Assembly (NCBI GenBank): GCA_050173015.1
Contig: JBFXLE010000008.1
Span: 64,584-128,583, forward strand
Source of the DNA: Calditrichaceae bacterium
Lineage (GTDB): Bacteria > Calditrichota > Calditrichia > Calditrichales > JBFXGD01
Direction of reading: 5' to 3'
Length of the DNA: 64,000 bases
Shown: in pieces, positions 51,928 through 61,735 of the stretch
Layout of the letters: the number at the start of each line of letters is the position of its first letter
Position numbering within the stretch: the stretch's first letter is position 1
Notes under the pieces: generated by a model
What the model was told of the DNA's origin: nothing
The model's database searches: none
What the model saw: the letters and a program-made list of their open reading frames with translations, nothing else
Translations under genes and position numbers: made by a program

Positions 51928-52670
51928 AGAGCCGCCTGCTTTACAACCTTCATAAAAACATCCTGCATGGAATCCACCCGGTACTTGCTTTTAAGTTTCT
52001 GAGGATTATCCAGCTCCACGATCCGGCCGTCCCGCATAATGCTCAATTCGTGACAATATTCCGCTTCATCCATATAATGGGTTGTCACGAATATGGTTTT
52101 ACCTTTTTCGGCAAGCTCGTAAATAAGCAGCCAGAAATTTCTTCGTGATACAGGATCGACACCACTCGTCGGCTCATCCAGAAAAATGATTTCCGGATCA
52201 TGTAAAATAGCGGTACTCAACGCCATCCGCTGTTTCCATCCGAGCGGCAAAGAACGAGTGAGCTGATCCGCCTGTTCCTCGAGTTTCAGATAACTTAGCA
52301 GTTCTTCCGTTTTTGTTTCAATCTCTGCGCGGCTTAATCCGTAAATCCCGCCATAAAATTCTATATTCTGTCTTACCGTCAGATCATCGTAAAGGCTGAA
52401 TTTCTGACTCATATATCCGATATTTCTTTTAATGGTCTCCGGCTCAGTGTAAACATCATATCCGGCGACAGTGGCTTTGCCGGATGTCGGGAGCAACAGG
52501 CCGCATAGCATTCTGATCGTAGTCGTTTTGCCGGCTCCGTTCGCGCCCAAAAATCCAAAAATCGCGCCGCGTTTAACTTTAAAACTAATATTATCCACCG
52601 CGTTGAAAGAGCCAAAGCTCCTGGTCAGATTTTCCACAACAACAGTATATTCGTTCTCAGCTATCTTCAT
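51924..52670 (-). CDS. ABC transporter ATP-binding protein
   Basis: GANGAGKTT, LPLGWKQR, FLDEPTSGVDP, TTHYMDEAE. Confidence 0.93.
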   Translation of the reverse strand: MKIAENEYTVVVENLTRSFGSFNAVDNISFKVKRGAIFGFLGANGAGKTTTIRMLCGLLLPTSGKATVAGYDVYTEPETIKRNIGYMSQKFSLYDDLTVRQNIEFYGGIYGLSRAEIETKTEELLSYLKLEEQADQLTRSLPLGWKQRMALSTAILHDPEIIFLDEPTSGVDPVSRRNFWLLIYELAEKGKTIFVTTHYMDEAEYCHELSIMRDGRIVELDNPQKLKSKYRVDSMQDVFMKVVKQAAL

Positions 52671-52777
52671 ATTACCGGACTTTTAGTTTTATGGGTTTTG
52701 GTGACAAAATCATATCGTTACTCCCCGGTGTCTGTCAATTTTTGACCGCCTATCGTTTTTCTCATCACCCCTTTTTT

Positions 52778-52987
52778 CTTCTCACTTCCTACTTCCCACT
52801 TCTTACTTCTTACTTTTCTTCATTTCCCAAGCAAGCAGAAGATCCCTCCGGGATGACGTGTACGGCGGTCTGTCGTTAAATGGCCGGGCGCCCCTACTCT
52901 TAACTCTTAACTCTTTTCTCTTAACGCTCTTAATCTTTTCTCTTTTTTCTTTTTTCCTAAAATTCCTACTTCCTACTTCTTATTTCT
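52778..52987. repeat. Degenerate heptamer tandem repeats flanking REP-like palindromic remnants
   Basis: CTTC(C/T)(C/T)A x5 (52778-52812), (A/T)CTCTT(A/T) x4 (52896-52923), further CTTCCTA/CTTCTTA units at 52962-52982; central AGATCCCTCCGGGATGAC and GTACGGCG...GGGCGCCCCTAC. Confidence 0.7.
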
Positions 52988-53923
52988 TTATCCATCATCT
53001 CTACCCGTCATTAGTTCCAAAAACAGATTTTCAAGGTTTGGCTGTATTAAATCAACCGAATGATATTCGATTTTCAGTTTTTTAAGTCCGCTGCAAATTT
53101 CATCATGCCCTATTTTTTCCTTGTCCAGAAAGTGTACCCCGTTTCCAAAGAGCTGTACTTTTTCATTCCACGGTGATGACCGCAACGTTTCGAAGACAGA
53201 GTAAGGCTTGTCCGTACGTATAAGAAATAAATCCGACTTAAAGGACTCTATCAGTGTTTCCGGACGGTCAGTCGCCAGAAGTTTTCCGTCATACATGAGA
53301 CCAACTCTGTCACATAGGCTGGCTTCATCCATATATGCCGTGCTTACAAGAATACAGGTCCCATCCTTGGCGAGCGTCTGTAATATCTCCCAAAACTCAT
53401 TCCTTGAAACAGGATCTACCCCAAAAGTTGGCTCATCCATCACCACAACATCCGGTTCATGCATCAGCATGCAGGATAAAGCCAGTTTCTGTTTCATTCC
53501 TCCGGATAGGTCGCCCGCTCTGCGTTTTTTAAACGGTCCCAATCTTGAAAAATCATACAAGCGTGTCATTCGTTCCAATTGCCCGGATTTTGGTATTTTA
53601 AAAAGATCACCAAAGAAACGCAGATTCTGTTCAACCGTTAAATCGGGATATAAACTAAAGCGTTGAGGCATATATCCAATATTTGCCCTTACAGTGTGGA
53701 GATCTTCCTGAACAGCTTTACCATGGAATAATACATCACCGGAATCCGGATTCAAAAGCGATACCAGTATTCGGATCAGCGTGGTTTTCCCCGCGCCGTC
53801 AGGACCGATTAGTCCGAAGATTTCACCCTTTGCCACTTCAAGTGAAACATCTTTCAGGGCTTGAACAGAACCATAGGATTTTTTCAGATTTTTAATGATT
53901 ATTGGATGATCGTTAGCCGACAT
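52988..53923 (-). CDS. ABC transporter ATP-binding protein
   Basis: GPDGAGKTT, LSGGMKQKL, MDEPTFGVDP. Confidence 0.93.
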   Translation of the reverse strand: MSANDHPIIIKNLKKSYGSVQALKDVSLEVAKGEIFGLIGPDGAGKTTLIRILVSLLNPDSGDVLFHGKAVQEDLHTVRANIGYMPQRFSLYPDLTVEQNLRFFGDLFKIPKSGQLERMTRLYDFSRLGPFKKRRAGDLSGGMKQKLALSCMLMHEPDVVVMDEPTFGVDPVSRNEFWEILQTLAKDGTCILVSTAYMDEASLCDRVGLMYDGKLLATDRPETLIESFKSDLFLIRTDKPYSVFETLRSSPWNEKVQLFGNGVHFLDKEKIGHDEICSGLKKLKIEYHSVDLIQPNLENLFLELMTGRDDG

Positions 53924-53944
53924 ATTATGTTCCCGGTTGAATAA

Positions 53945-54814
53945 TTATATCTTTACATCCACAGGCATACCGATTTTGAAGATACCATCGGGATTGGATA
54001 CGGCAATTTTTACAGAATATACCAGCGTGGTCCGGGTCTCTTTTGTCAATATCGTTTTTGGAGTAAACTCTGATTCGCTTGAAACCCACCTGACTTTTCC
54101 CTCAAATTCTTTATCGACGCCGTCAATCGTCAGCTTGACAATTTGACCCAGTTTTACCTTATTCAGCTCCTCCAGCGGGATATAAATCGTTGCTTCCATA
54201 CTGGAGATATTAGCCAGATCAACAACAGCCATCCCCGGCGTAATGAGTTCACCTTTATAATGATATTTGTTGATAATGATTCCGTCAATCGGTGAGATTA
54301 TTCTGGCATCCTGAATATTCAATTCTGTAATGTCCTGAGCTGCTCTTAACTGTTCGATCTTACTCGAAATAATTTGCCTGTTTGATTTTAATCCATCCTT
54401 TTGAGCCGTCAGTACATCGACCTGTGTGGCGAGTTCATCCCGTTTTTGTTCCGTTGCCGCTCCTTCTTTAAGCATGAGCTCGGTTTTTGCCAACGTTTGA
54501 GAAGCAAGATCGAGTTGTGCCTGTACCTGCCGCGCCTGCGCGTCAACCGCCTGCAAATTTACGGTTAATTCCACAAGCTGAGCCTGCTGCTGTCTCCGCT
54601 GCGCCAGGAGCTTATCCTTATTGATGAGCGCGAGAATCTGATTCTTCGCGACCGGGTCCCCCTCTTCAATTTGTAGAGAATCGATTTCTCCGGCAATCTT
54701 CGCGGACAAACGGATTACATCGGTCTCAAGACGGCCGTTATAAATAGTCTGATCATCGTTGTTATTTGAACAGGCGATAATAAATAACAATATGATTAAA
54801 TAATAAGCTCTCAT
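53945..54814 (-). CDS. HlyD/YbhG-like membrane fusion lipoprotein
   Basis: Lipobox IIAC, lipoyl half-motifs, coiled coil, SEFTPK.I.T..R..LVY. Start set at Met 54814. Confidence 0.88.
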   Translation of the reverse strand: MRAYYLIILLFIIACSNNNDDQTIYNGRLETDVIRLSAKIAGEIDSLQIEEGDPVAKNQILALINKDKLLAQRRQQQAQLVELTVNLQAVDAQARQVQAQLDLASQTLAKTELMLKEGAATEQKRDELATQVDVLTAQKDGLKSNRQIISSKIEQLRAAQDITELNIQDARIISPIDGIIINKYHYKGELITPGMAVVDLANISSMEATIYIPLEELNKVKLGQIVKLTIDGVDKEFEGKVRWVSSESEFTPKTILTKETRTTLVYSVKIAVSNPDGIFKIGMPVDVKI

Positions 54815-54816
54815 TA

Positions 54817-56115
54817 TTATAATCTCCACTCATTTATTGGTTGGCCGCTTAAATAGTCAATCTCATTTATCTTCATATCAAGGGTTAACATTTGTGTCGC
54901 GTAACTTAATTCGGCCTGGGTCAGTTCTAAATTAGCATCATTGAAATCCGTCGCGCTAGCCATACCCTGTAATGATTGGGACTGGATGATTTTCATTTTT
55001 TGTCTGGACAGCTCAAGTGCTTTTTCAGATACTTTTAACTGCTCTTTCACCGCGCTTAATTCACGCACAGCCGTGTCAAATCTTGTTCGGATCTGATCAA
55101 CAAGAGCCTTTTTCTGATAACCAAGCCTGACAATTCCCGCTTCGCGCGCTTCGACCGCTTTTTTGTCAGCTCCCCAGCTCCATAAATTCCAGCTCACTCC
55201 GGCCCCCCAGACACCGTAAGTCATCCAGTCTTTCTTAATCACATCCACACCCGGATTACCGTATTTTACCGCCGCCTCAATCGCTACGGATGGATAATAG
55301 GCTGACCGGGTTCTTTTTATATCCGATTCCAGAAGTTGTTCCTGAATTTCGAGGGCTTTGTAAGCTTCTATGCGGGAAATTTCCAATTCCGCGTAATCAG
55401 ATACCAAATTATCCTGATTTTTCTCATCGGGAACAACAGGCTCTCCCGCGAGAATCTCGAGCGTTTGCATGGCGGACTCCATAGATGCCCGGGCCGAGAT
55501 GATTTTCTGATCATAACTGAGTTTAGCCAGCGCCAGAGAAAGCGTATCTACCGGAAGCGCCATACCGTTCCTGACCAGTGATTTTACCTGATTCAGCTGT
55601 AGCCGCGTTCTCTCCGCCGCGGCTTCCAGCAAAGCTATATTCAACTTGCGCGCCTGAACCTGCCGATAAACAGTGACCGTCTCAAAGGCGATATCTTTTA
55701 TGCTTTTTTCCTTATTGTTTTCCGCGAACCGGTACTGCCGGTCACTGATTTCGACTGCCGCCTGCTGAGCGTATCCGCTAAAAACCACGTACGAAGCCGT
55801 TAACCCCGTCTCATAGGAATCGTATGTCGCCAGTCCGATTTTTGATGCCGGCATAACAACTGAACCCGGTAGATTTATCTCAGCGACATCCGTAACATGC
55901 CGGTAACCCGCGTTAAAATCCACTGACGGCAATGTTTTTCGAAAGACAGAAATCTTCGCCAGGCCGGCGGATTTGACATCCTCTTCCGCTGCTTTGAGTG
56001 TGGGATTATTGCTGATCGCCAGCTCAATAGTCTCAGACACCGACTGAGAGAATACGAAGCTCTCCGTCAGTTGATTTATAGATAAAATGATGAAGATCAT
56101 TAAGGAAAATCTCAT
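54817..56115 (-). CDS. TolC family outer-membrane efflux protein
   Basis: Signal peptide, A...NP.L, duplicated OEP repeats (LPSV / YYPSV). Confidence 0.88.
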   Translation of the reverse strand: MRFSLMIFIILSINQLTESFVFSQSVSETIELAISNNPTLKAAEEDVKSAGLAKISVFRKTLPSVDFNAGYRHVTDVAEINLPGSVVMPASKIGLATYDSYETGLTASYVVFSGYAQQAAVEISDRQYRFAENNKEKSIKDIAFETVTVYRQVQARKLNIALLEAAAERTRLQLNQVKSLVRNGMALPVDTLSLALAKLSYDQKIISARASMESAMQTLEILAGEPVVPDEKNQDNLVSDYAELEISRIEAYKALEIQEQLLESDIKRTRSAYYPSVAIEAAVKYGNPGVDVIKKDWMTYGVWGAGVSWNLWSWGADKKAVEAREAGIVRLGYQKKALVDQIRTRFDTAVRELSAVKEQLKVSEKALELSRQKMKIIQSQSLQGMASATDFNDANLELTQAELSYATQMLTLDMKINEIDYLSGQPINEWRL

Positions 56116-56756
56116 TTACTTTCTCCCCGCGCGCTAATTCCATAATAGATATTTTCAAAGATGGCTTTTTTTCTGTCTTCAATAAATTTCTTCCGGTCAT
56201 AATCATTTTCCATTGAAAAAATTGCCCTAAAGACCGGTTCGGCAATAAAAAAGTAGATACAGGCTCCGATCACATTCATCATCAAATTTACATGATCCAC
56301 CGCTACAATTTCGCCGCTCTTCACAGCCCTGTCTATGGCATGGATCATTTTGTGCGGCACCTGAAATTTATCTGAACGGATCAATGAGGAAATGATTTCT
56401 TCGACGATACTCCCGCCCTCCAGCATTTCGCTCGCGACAAACACCGGCAGCCTTGGATTTTCATCAAGTATGTCAATATATCTGTTTATAAATGATTTTA
56501 ATGTTGTTTCAAACCTGTTTTCTTCTTTGAATACATCAAGAAGCTCGCCAAAATATTTGACAAAAACCAACTCAAAAATTTGCGCGTAAAGCTTATCCTT
56601 ACTTCTGAAATAATAATGAAGCATGGCCTTATTGATACCCGCGCGGTCGGCAATATCCTGCATCCTGGCGCCATGCCTTCCCTTTTCTATGAATACATCC
56701 ATGGCATTTTGCAGGATAATTTCTTCCGTGGTTTTTGTGTTTGAAATCCTGGGCAT
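56112..56756 (-). CDS. TetR/AcrR family transcriptional regulator
   Basis: HTH ARMQDIADRAGINKAMLHYYFRSKDKL; first gene of the efflux operon. Confidence 0.92.
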   Translation of the reverse strand: MPRISNTKTTEEIILQNAMDVFIEKGRHGARMQDIADRAGINKAMLHYYFRSKDKLYAQIFELVFVKYFGELLDVFKEENRFETTLKSFINRYIDILDENPRLPVFVASEMLEGGSIVEEIISSLIRSDKFQVPHKMIHAIDRAVKSGEIVAVDHVNLMMNVIGACIYFFIAEPVFRAIFSMENDYDRKKFIEDRKKAIFENIYYGISARGESK

Positions 56757-56787
56757 AATTACCAACCAACTTGTTTAACTTATTTAT

Positions 56788-56830
56788 TTAACTTTTTGGT
56801 TAATTTATAGTCCCTTACAATTATTGTCAA
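56788..56830 (-). promoter_or_regulatory. sigma70 promoter with overlapping palindromic operator for the TetR operon
   Basis: Minus strand TTGACA (56830-56825), 17 nt, TAAATT (56807-56802); inverted repeat TTAAC-N6-GTTAA at 56788-56803. Confidence 0.55.
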
Positions 56831-56928
56831 GAAAAAAATCATCCCCATCATAATCTTGCTTCTTCAGGTCAGCTTTCTTAATTTCATGCTCTTAGTCAAT
56901 GTCTGTTAAATAACAAGCCGGAGCTTTT

Positions 56929-58164
56929 GTGAGTCGAGTACATGTAACTTCTGAAATAAGTCCATTAAAAAAAGTGATCATTCATACACCCGGTATGGAA
57001 CTGGAGCAGATGACTCCCGAAGCCGCCGTTGAATTGCTGTATGATGATATTCTCTATCTGCCCTCCGCCATCAAACAACACAATCAGCTCAGCGGCGTTT
57101 TGTCAAAAGTCGCGGAACCGATTCAGGTTAATGATTTACTGGTGGATATTTTAAAGGACGAAAAAGTAAAAAGAGAACTTATACACGATTTGTGCGCTCA
57201 CCTAAACACCGTTGAAGTTGAAAATTCCCTTCTGGAGCTTGATCCTAAAACACTGTCGGCTCAATTGATCACAGGGACAAAGATCAAAAGAAACACGTTG
57301 GAGCGTTATTTAACTCCAAGGAATTATTCTCTGCCGCCTTTGCCGAACCTGTTCTTTACCAGAGATTCAGCAATGGTTATCAATGATAAAGCCATCATCG
57401 GCAATATGGCGAACCGGATTCGTATCGCGGAAGCGATCATAATGAGCTATATATTCCGTTTTCATCCTGATTTACTTTGCCAGGAATTTTTAATTGACGC
57501 CACAAAACAGAGTATGCCGGACGCCACTTTTGAAGGCGGCGATATTCTTATTCTCCAGGAAGATACTGTTCTTATCGGGATGAGTGAAAGAACCAGCATC
57601 CGCGGCATTGATTATCTTGTAGAACAATTCAAAAAAAGTAAAAACATAAAACATGTGTTCGTTGTTGTCCTTCCGAAAATCCGTGCCACCATACACCTCG
57701 ATATGGTTTTTACGATGATTGACTATGACAAGGCCGTCGTTTCACCACCGGTAATTCTGGCAAAAAATGCCGTTGATGTCATCCATATAAATTTATCCGA
57801 TGCCAATCATCCCAAATTTAACAGATATCCCTATCTTCTCAATGCTTTAAGAACAGTCAATATTAATCTGGAACCGATTAATTGCGGGGGAGATACGGAT
57901 CTCTACCAAAAACGTGAACAATGGCAATCCGGGGCTAACTTCTTTACAATCGCGCCGGGAAAAATTATCGGTTACGGAATGAATATATACACCTATGAAG
58001 CGCTCGCTCAGGCAGGAATACCGCGTATTGAAGCCATTGATGTGATGAGCGGAAAAGTTGATTTAAACAAAATGGATAAATATGCGGTGGCTATTTCGGG
58101 AAATGAGCTCACCAGAGGCGGAGGCGGTTGCCGCTGCATGACTATGCCCATTTCGCGGGAATAA
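56929..58164 (+). CDS. arcA: Arginine deiminase
   Basis: V.SEI..LKKV..H.PG, LPNLFFTRD, EGGD, HLDMVFT, GGG.RCMTMP (catalytic Cys). Confidence 0.9.
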   Translation: MSRVHVTSEISPLKKVIIHTPGMELEQMTPEAAVELLYDDILYLPSAIKQHNQLSGVLSKVAEPIQVNDLLVDILKDEKVKRELIHDLCAHLNTVEVENSLLELDPKTLSAQLITGTKIKRNTLERYLTPRNYSLPPLPNLFFTRDSAMVINDKAIIGNMANRIRIAEAIIMSYIFRFHPDLLCQEFLIDATKQSMPDATFEGGDILILQEDTVLIGMSERTSIRGIDYLVEQFKKSKNIKHVFVVVLPKIRATIHLDMVFTMIDYDKAVVSPPVILAKNAVDVIHINLSDANHPKFNRYPYLLNALRTVNINLEPINCGGDTDLYQKREQWQSGANFFTIAPGKIIGYGMNIYTYEALAQAGIPRIEAIDVMSGKVDLNKMDKYAVAISGNELTRGGGGCRCMTMPISRE

Positions 58165-58275
58165 CTGTTTATTAACTTACTAAAATCTTCACAAGGGAAA
58201 ATATAATGTCGGGATGCAATCTGATTCCCGATATATATTACAGATGAGACTATTCAGTTGAAGCAAATAATCGTT

Positions 58276-58719
58276 CTATAAAATCGGAGCGATCTTTTTG
58301 TTTTTTTCCTTCTGCTGGCCTTTAAACGCCTTGATAATTTTCAGCAAATCACGCCGTGTAATCTGCCCGACCATCTTACCATCCTGATCCGCGACAACCA
58401 GGCGTCTGAAAAAATGCTTCAGGAACATATCCGCTACACTGAAGATATCAGTATTAGGCGGAATCGTAACCACATGTTCCGTCATAAAATCAGAGACTCT
58501 GCCGCTGGGAAGACTGTGGTATTCTCCTTTTGTCAACAGTGTGAGACAGTCTTTTTCCGAGAGAATTCCGACAATCTTCATTTCATCATCGGTTACAACC
58601 GCGCTGGTTATTCCCTTTGTAAGAAGAACGTCGATTGCTTTGTAGACATCCATATCCCGCTGCAGGGTAACAAAAGTCTTATCCATAAAATCCTGCACCG
58701 TTGGCAAGTTGCTACTCAT
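58276..58719 (-). CDS. CBS-pair domain protein
   Basis: V.DFM, VGILSEKDCL, VGQITRRDLL; GGAGG SD. Confidence 0.88.
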   Translation of the reverse strand: MSSNLPTVQDFMDKTFVTLQRDMDVYKAIDVLLTKGITSAVVTDDEMKIVGILSEKDCLTLLTKGEYHSLPSGRVSDFMTEHVVTIPPNTDIFSVADMFLKHFFRRLVVADQDGKMVGQITRRDLLKIIKAFKGQQKEKNKKIAPIL

Positions 58720-58812
58720 TAGAATTCCTCCTATTTGTTAGTTAATCACGAAATGCTGATCCCATAAATGAATATCAACAATATGAATGATTCATGCAAG
58801 AATAATTAACAA

Positions 58813-59118
58813 TTATGAATAATAGTTGACTTTACAGCCGCAGCCGTCCCACATTTTTTCATAAATTTCCATCCGTTCATCCAGAAGTGCCATCGCAGAC
58901 TCCGGACTGGTAAAACTTCTCAAAGCAATTTCAGATTTATTCGTTGTCTCCTGCAGGATGTATGTATTCTCTATTTTCATGATTCGGATAATACCGGAGA
59001 TGAGAGTATCGCGTTCAGTGATGATTTCCGCGGAATTTTTTAATAATTCAAGTTGATCCGCGGTAATGACTTTTACTTTTTCTATTCCGATTTCTGTTAA
59101 TAAATTATTTAAATCCAT
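58813..59118 (-). CDS. Hypothetical protein with C-terminal WDGCGCK motif
   Basis: 101-aa ORF in the operon direction, plausible composition. Confidence 0.65.
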   Translation of the reverse strand: MDLNNLLTEIGIEKVKVITADQLELLKNSAEIITERDTLISGIIRIMKIENTYILQETTNKSEIALRSFTSPESAMALLDERMEIYEKMWDGCGCKVNYYS

Positions 59119-59222
59119 TTTGTTTCTGCCTTACTTTGTTCAACTTTATAAATAAAAGATGAACAAAAATCAGATAAGATACACCTGCGTTTTTACATCT
59201 CTGCAAGCATTTTAAAACAATA

Positions 59223-59849
59223 TCACAGAATTCCCGCCTTTTGTAAATCGGTTCTCAGTTTTTCCACCCCGGTGAAAATAACTCCCCGCATACCGGCTTT
59301 GACGGCGCCTTCAATATTTTGCGGCCTGTCGTCAATAAAAAAACAATTTTCAGGATCAAAGCCAATATTTTTAGCCGCAATTTTGTACACTTCAACGGCC
59401 GGCTTCAGAATTCCGGTTTCAAAACTGAGGGTGGGGTTTTCAAAAACATCCAGTAACGGATAATTTTTTTTAAGGTAATTCCAGTGCGCGGGATCAATAT
59501 CCGAGAGCAAACCTATAGGATATTTCCCCTGTATTTCACGCACAACCGATTCCATGCCTTCCATCGGCTCAAATATATCACACCATTTTTCTATAAAAAC
59601 ATCGTATTCAAGTTGAATATCAAACTGATCTTTAACCGACTGATACATCTGTTTTGTATCTATCTTGCCGGTATTATACTTAATAAAAAGCTCATTTTTG
59701 AATAATTTATCCAACAGCGTGAGATCATCGGCGTTGGGTGAAGGGTGGGCATATTTAAACAATCCCCTCGCGAAATCAACCTTAACAAGTACGCGTCCAA
59801 GGTCAAATATAACCGCTTTTATTTCATTATTTCCAGGATTTATCATCAT
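59223..59849 (-). CDS. HAD family phosphatase (YihX-like)
   Basis: IFDLGRVL, LLSD, LSFE.G..KP, FFIDDR..N..GA...GM. Confidence 0.88.
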   Translation of the reverse strand: MMINPGNNEIKAVIFDLGRVLVKVDFARGLFKYAHPSPNADDLTLLDKLFKNELFIKYNTGKIDTKQMYQSVKDQFDIQLEYDVFIEKWCDIFEPMEGMESVVREIQGKYPIGLLSDIDPAHWNYLKKNYPLLDVFENPTLSFETGILKPAVEVYKIAAKNIGFDPENCFFIDDRPQNIEGAVKAGMRGVIFTGVEKLRTDLQKAGIL

Positions 59850-59863
59850 TCAAATTCCTTTTT

Positions 59864-61720
59864 TTAAGACGCGCTGCTCTCCACTAAATTTCTTGCTTTC
59901 AAAAGAATGTCAGCGGCGGTTTTTCCATATAATTTCAAACGTTCCGCATGATCATCGCGTGGTTCATTGCTTACCAATTCATAATAATAACGGAACTTGG
60001 GCTCCGTCCCCGAGGGTCTCAACAAAATCCAGCTCTTATCTTCAAAGATTATTTTTAAGCCGTCGATGGTATTAATTTCCACAATCTTTTTGTTTTCATT
60101 CCCGATGCTAATTTCATCCCCGAATTTATAAAGTCCGCTCATCAGAACATTGACAACATCGACCTTATATTTTTGCCAGGCTTCAACACTGACTCCCTTC
60201 ACATCTTCTCCGCCTCTTTCAGGGTAAAAATATCCGTATTTTTTACACAGGCTGTTATACCGCTCCGAAAGATTTTCTCCGGTGGATGCCATCACATCCA
60301 GCGCCGCCAGGAACCCCGCCAAAGCGCATTTTTCTAATGTATGCCCCTTAAAAGTAATACCGTCCGACTCTTCAAATGCCATCGCCACATCACCGCCGGC
60401 AAGCGCGGCGCGAAAATTTTTAAATCCGACGGGAGTTTCATAAAACGGAAATTGGTTTGCGCGGGCGATTTCCGGTGCAAATCCTGACGAAGGCACACTG
60501 GTTACAATGCCGCCTTTGATACCTTTATTGATGATATTCTCAAAAGCAATGGCGGCAAAACGGTTCATATCAATGTCCATTTCCGCGTCGTTAAAACGAA
60601 TCCTGTCCGCATCCGGATCCATCGCCACGGCCAGCGTCAGTTTTCTTCCCGATGAATTCAGTTTATCCATCAGCGGTCTTTGATTGGCGGCGCTCGGCTC
60701 CGGTTTCACCCCATGAAACGAATAATCTTCATCGGTATGTATAAATTCGATTGACCGCGTCTTTTCCAGTTCGCTTATAAGATCCTCACCGAGAAGAGAC
60801 TGCACATATCCTCTTGATGAACCATGCATATTATCGACGAGAATAAAAAGATCGTTTTTTGATTTTTTCAGCCAGGAGCGAATTTTTTTCAGATCAAACG
60901 CGATACTCTTCTCTTCCACAAATTTTCTGAAAACCTCCTTACCATCAATATCTATGCGTAATTCCTTAAAATCACTCATCGCCGGGACAAAATCTGAACC
61001 GGTTTTCATATAAAAATTTGATTTCTCTTCGATAATCGATGTCAGATTTTTGTCAGCCGGCCCGCCATCACCGGGATTAAATTTAACACCCGCGTATTCC
61101 ATCGGATTATGCGAGGGGGTAAAGTTAATCGATCCGGCCGCTTTCAATTCTTTAAGTATCGCCGACCCCACGCCCGTCGGACATTCGCCTACGAAATATA
61201 TCCTGATTTTTTCTGAAGCCAGTTCACGCATGGCGGCATCCAGAAACCGATCTCCCATAAACCGGTTATCCCGCAGAAGGAGAATCCCTGCTTTCCTGAC
61301 ATCATCAAAATCCGTGTACCCGTTTGTCTTCAAAAATTCATCGCTTTTCATCATTTCAATGATACCGCGAACCACTTTATGCGCATTTTCGATTGTAAAG
61401 TCTTCTCCAATGAGACCACGCCATCCCGATGTGCCAAAGACAACAGGAGCCGGATCTTTCGATTCGACGGCCCTCTGCCCCTGAAAGACTCTGATATGAT
61501 CGATAATCTCCCTGCATTTTTTACGGATATCATTTCCAACGGAGGCTCCGTTGTAGAAATTACCCAAAATATTCGCCGCCTCCCAGAGATTGGGTTCCCG
61601 ATCCTGAGACGGGTTAAGATAACCATCTAATTTGCTGATAATTTCAGGTGGAAGTGAATTTAAATTATCTGTGATAGTATTTTGCAATGCACCTGCAAAA
61701 GCCGTCTTGCTTATGGTCAT
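59864..61720 (-). CDS. Phosphoglucomutase/phosphomannomutase family protein
   Basis: FGTSGWRG, TPSHNP, DPDADR, FEESDG, RPSGTEPK.R.Y.E. Confidence 0.9.
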   Translation of the reverse strand: MTISKTAFAGALQNTITDNLNSLPPEIISKLDGYLNPSQDREPNLWEAANILGNFYNGASVGNDIRKKCREIIDHIRVFQGQRAVESKDPAPVVFGTSGWRGLIGEDFTIENAHKVVRGIIEMMKSDEFLKTNGYTDFDDVRKAGILLLRDNRFMGDRFLDAAMRELASEKIRIYFVGECPTGVGSAILKELKAAGSINFTPSHNPMEYAGVKFNPGDGGPADKNLTSIIEEKSNFYMKTGSDFVPAMSDFKELRIDIDGKEVFRKFVEEKSIAFDLKKIRSWLKKSKNDLFILVDNMHGSSRGYVQSLLGEDLISELEKTRSIEFIHTDEDYSFHGVKPEPSAANQRPLMDKLNSSGRKLTLAVAMDPDADRIRFNDAEMDIDMNRFAAIAFENIINKGIKGGIVTSVPSSGFAPEIARANQFPFYETPVGFKNFRAALAGGDVAMAFEESDGITFKGHTLEKCALAGFLAALDVMASTGENLSERYNSLCKKYGYFYPERGGEDVKGVSVEAWQKYKVDVVNVLMSGLYKFGDEISIGNENKKIVEINTIDGLKIIFEDKSWILLRPSGTEPKFRYYYELVSNEPRDDHAERLKLYGKTAADILLKARNLVESSAS

Positions 61721-61735
61721 TATGATGTATCTCCT

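Noticed and set aside
52778-52987. Possible CRISPR array
   Set aside because: Units are 7-nt tandem repeats without spacers, and no cas genes are in the window.
52691-53085. Two short Phe/Leu/Ser-rich ORFs (62 and 75 aa)
   Set aside because: They are translations of the heptamer repeats (LLTSYF units), antisense to the operon.
58784-58796. ATGAATGATTCAT palindrome as an ArgR box for arcA
   Set aside because: Spacing does not match ARG boxes, and it lies downstream of arcA, upstream of the CBS gene.
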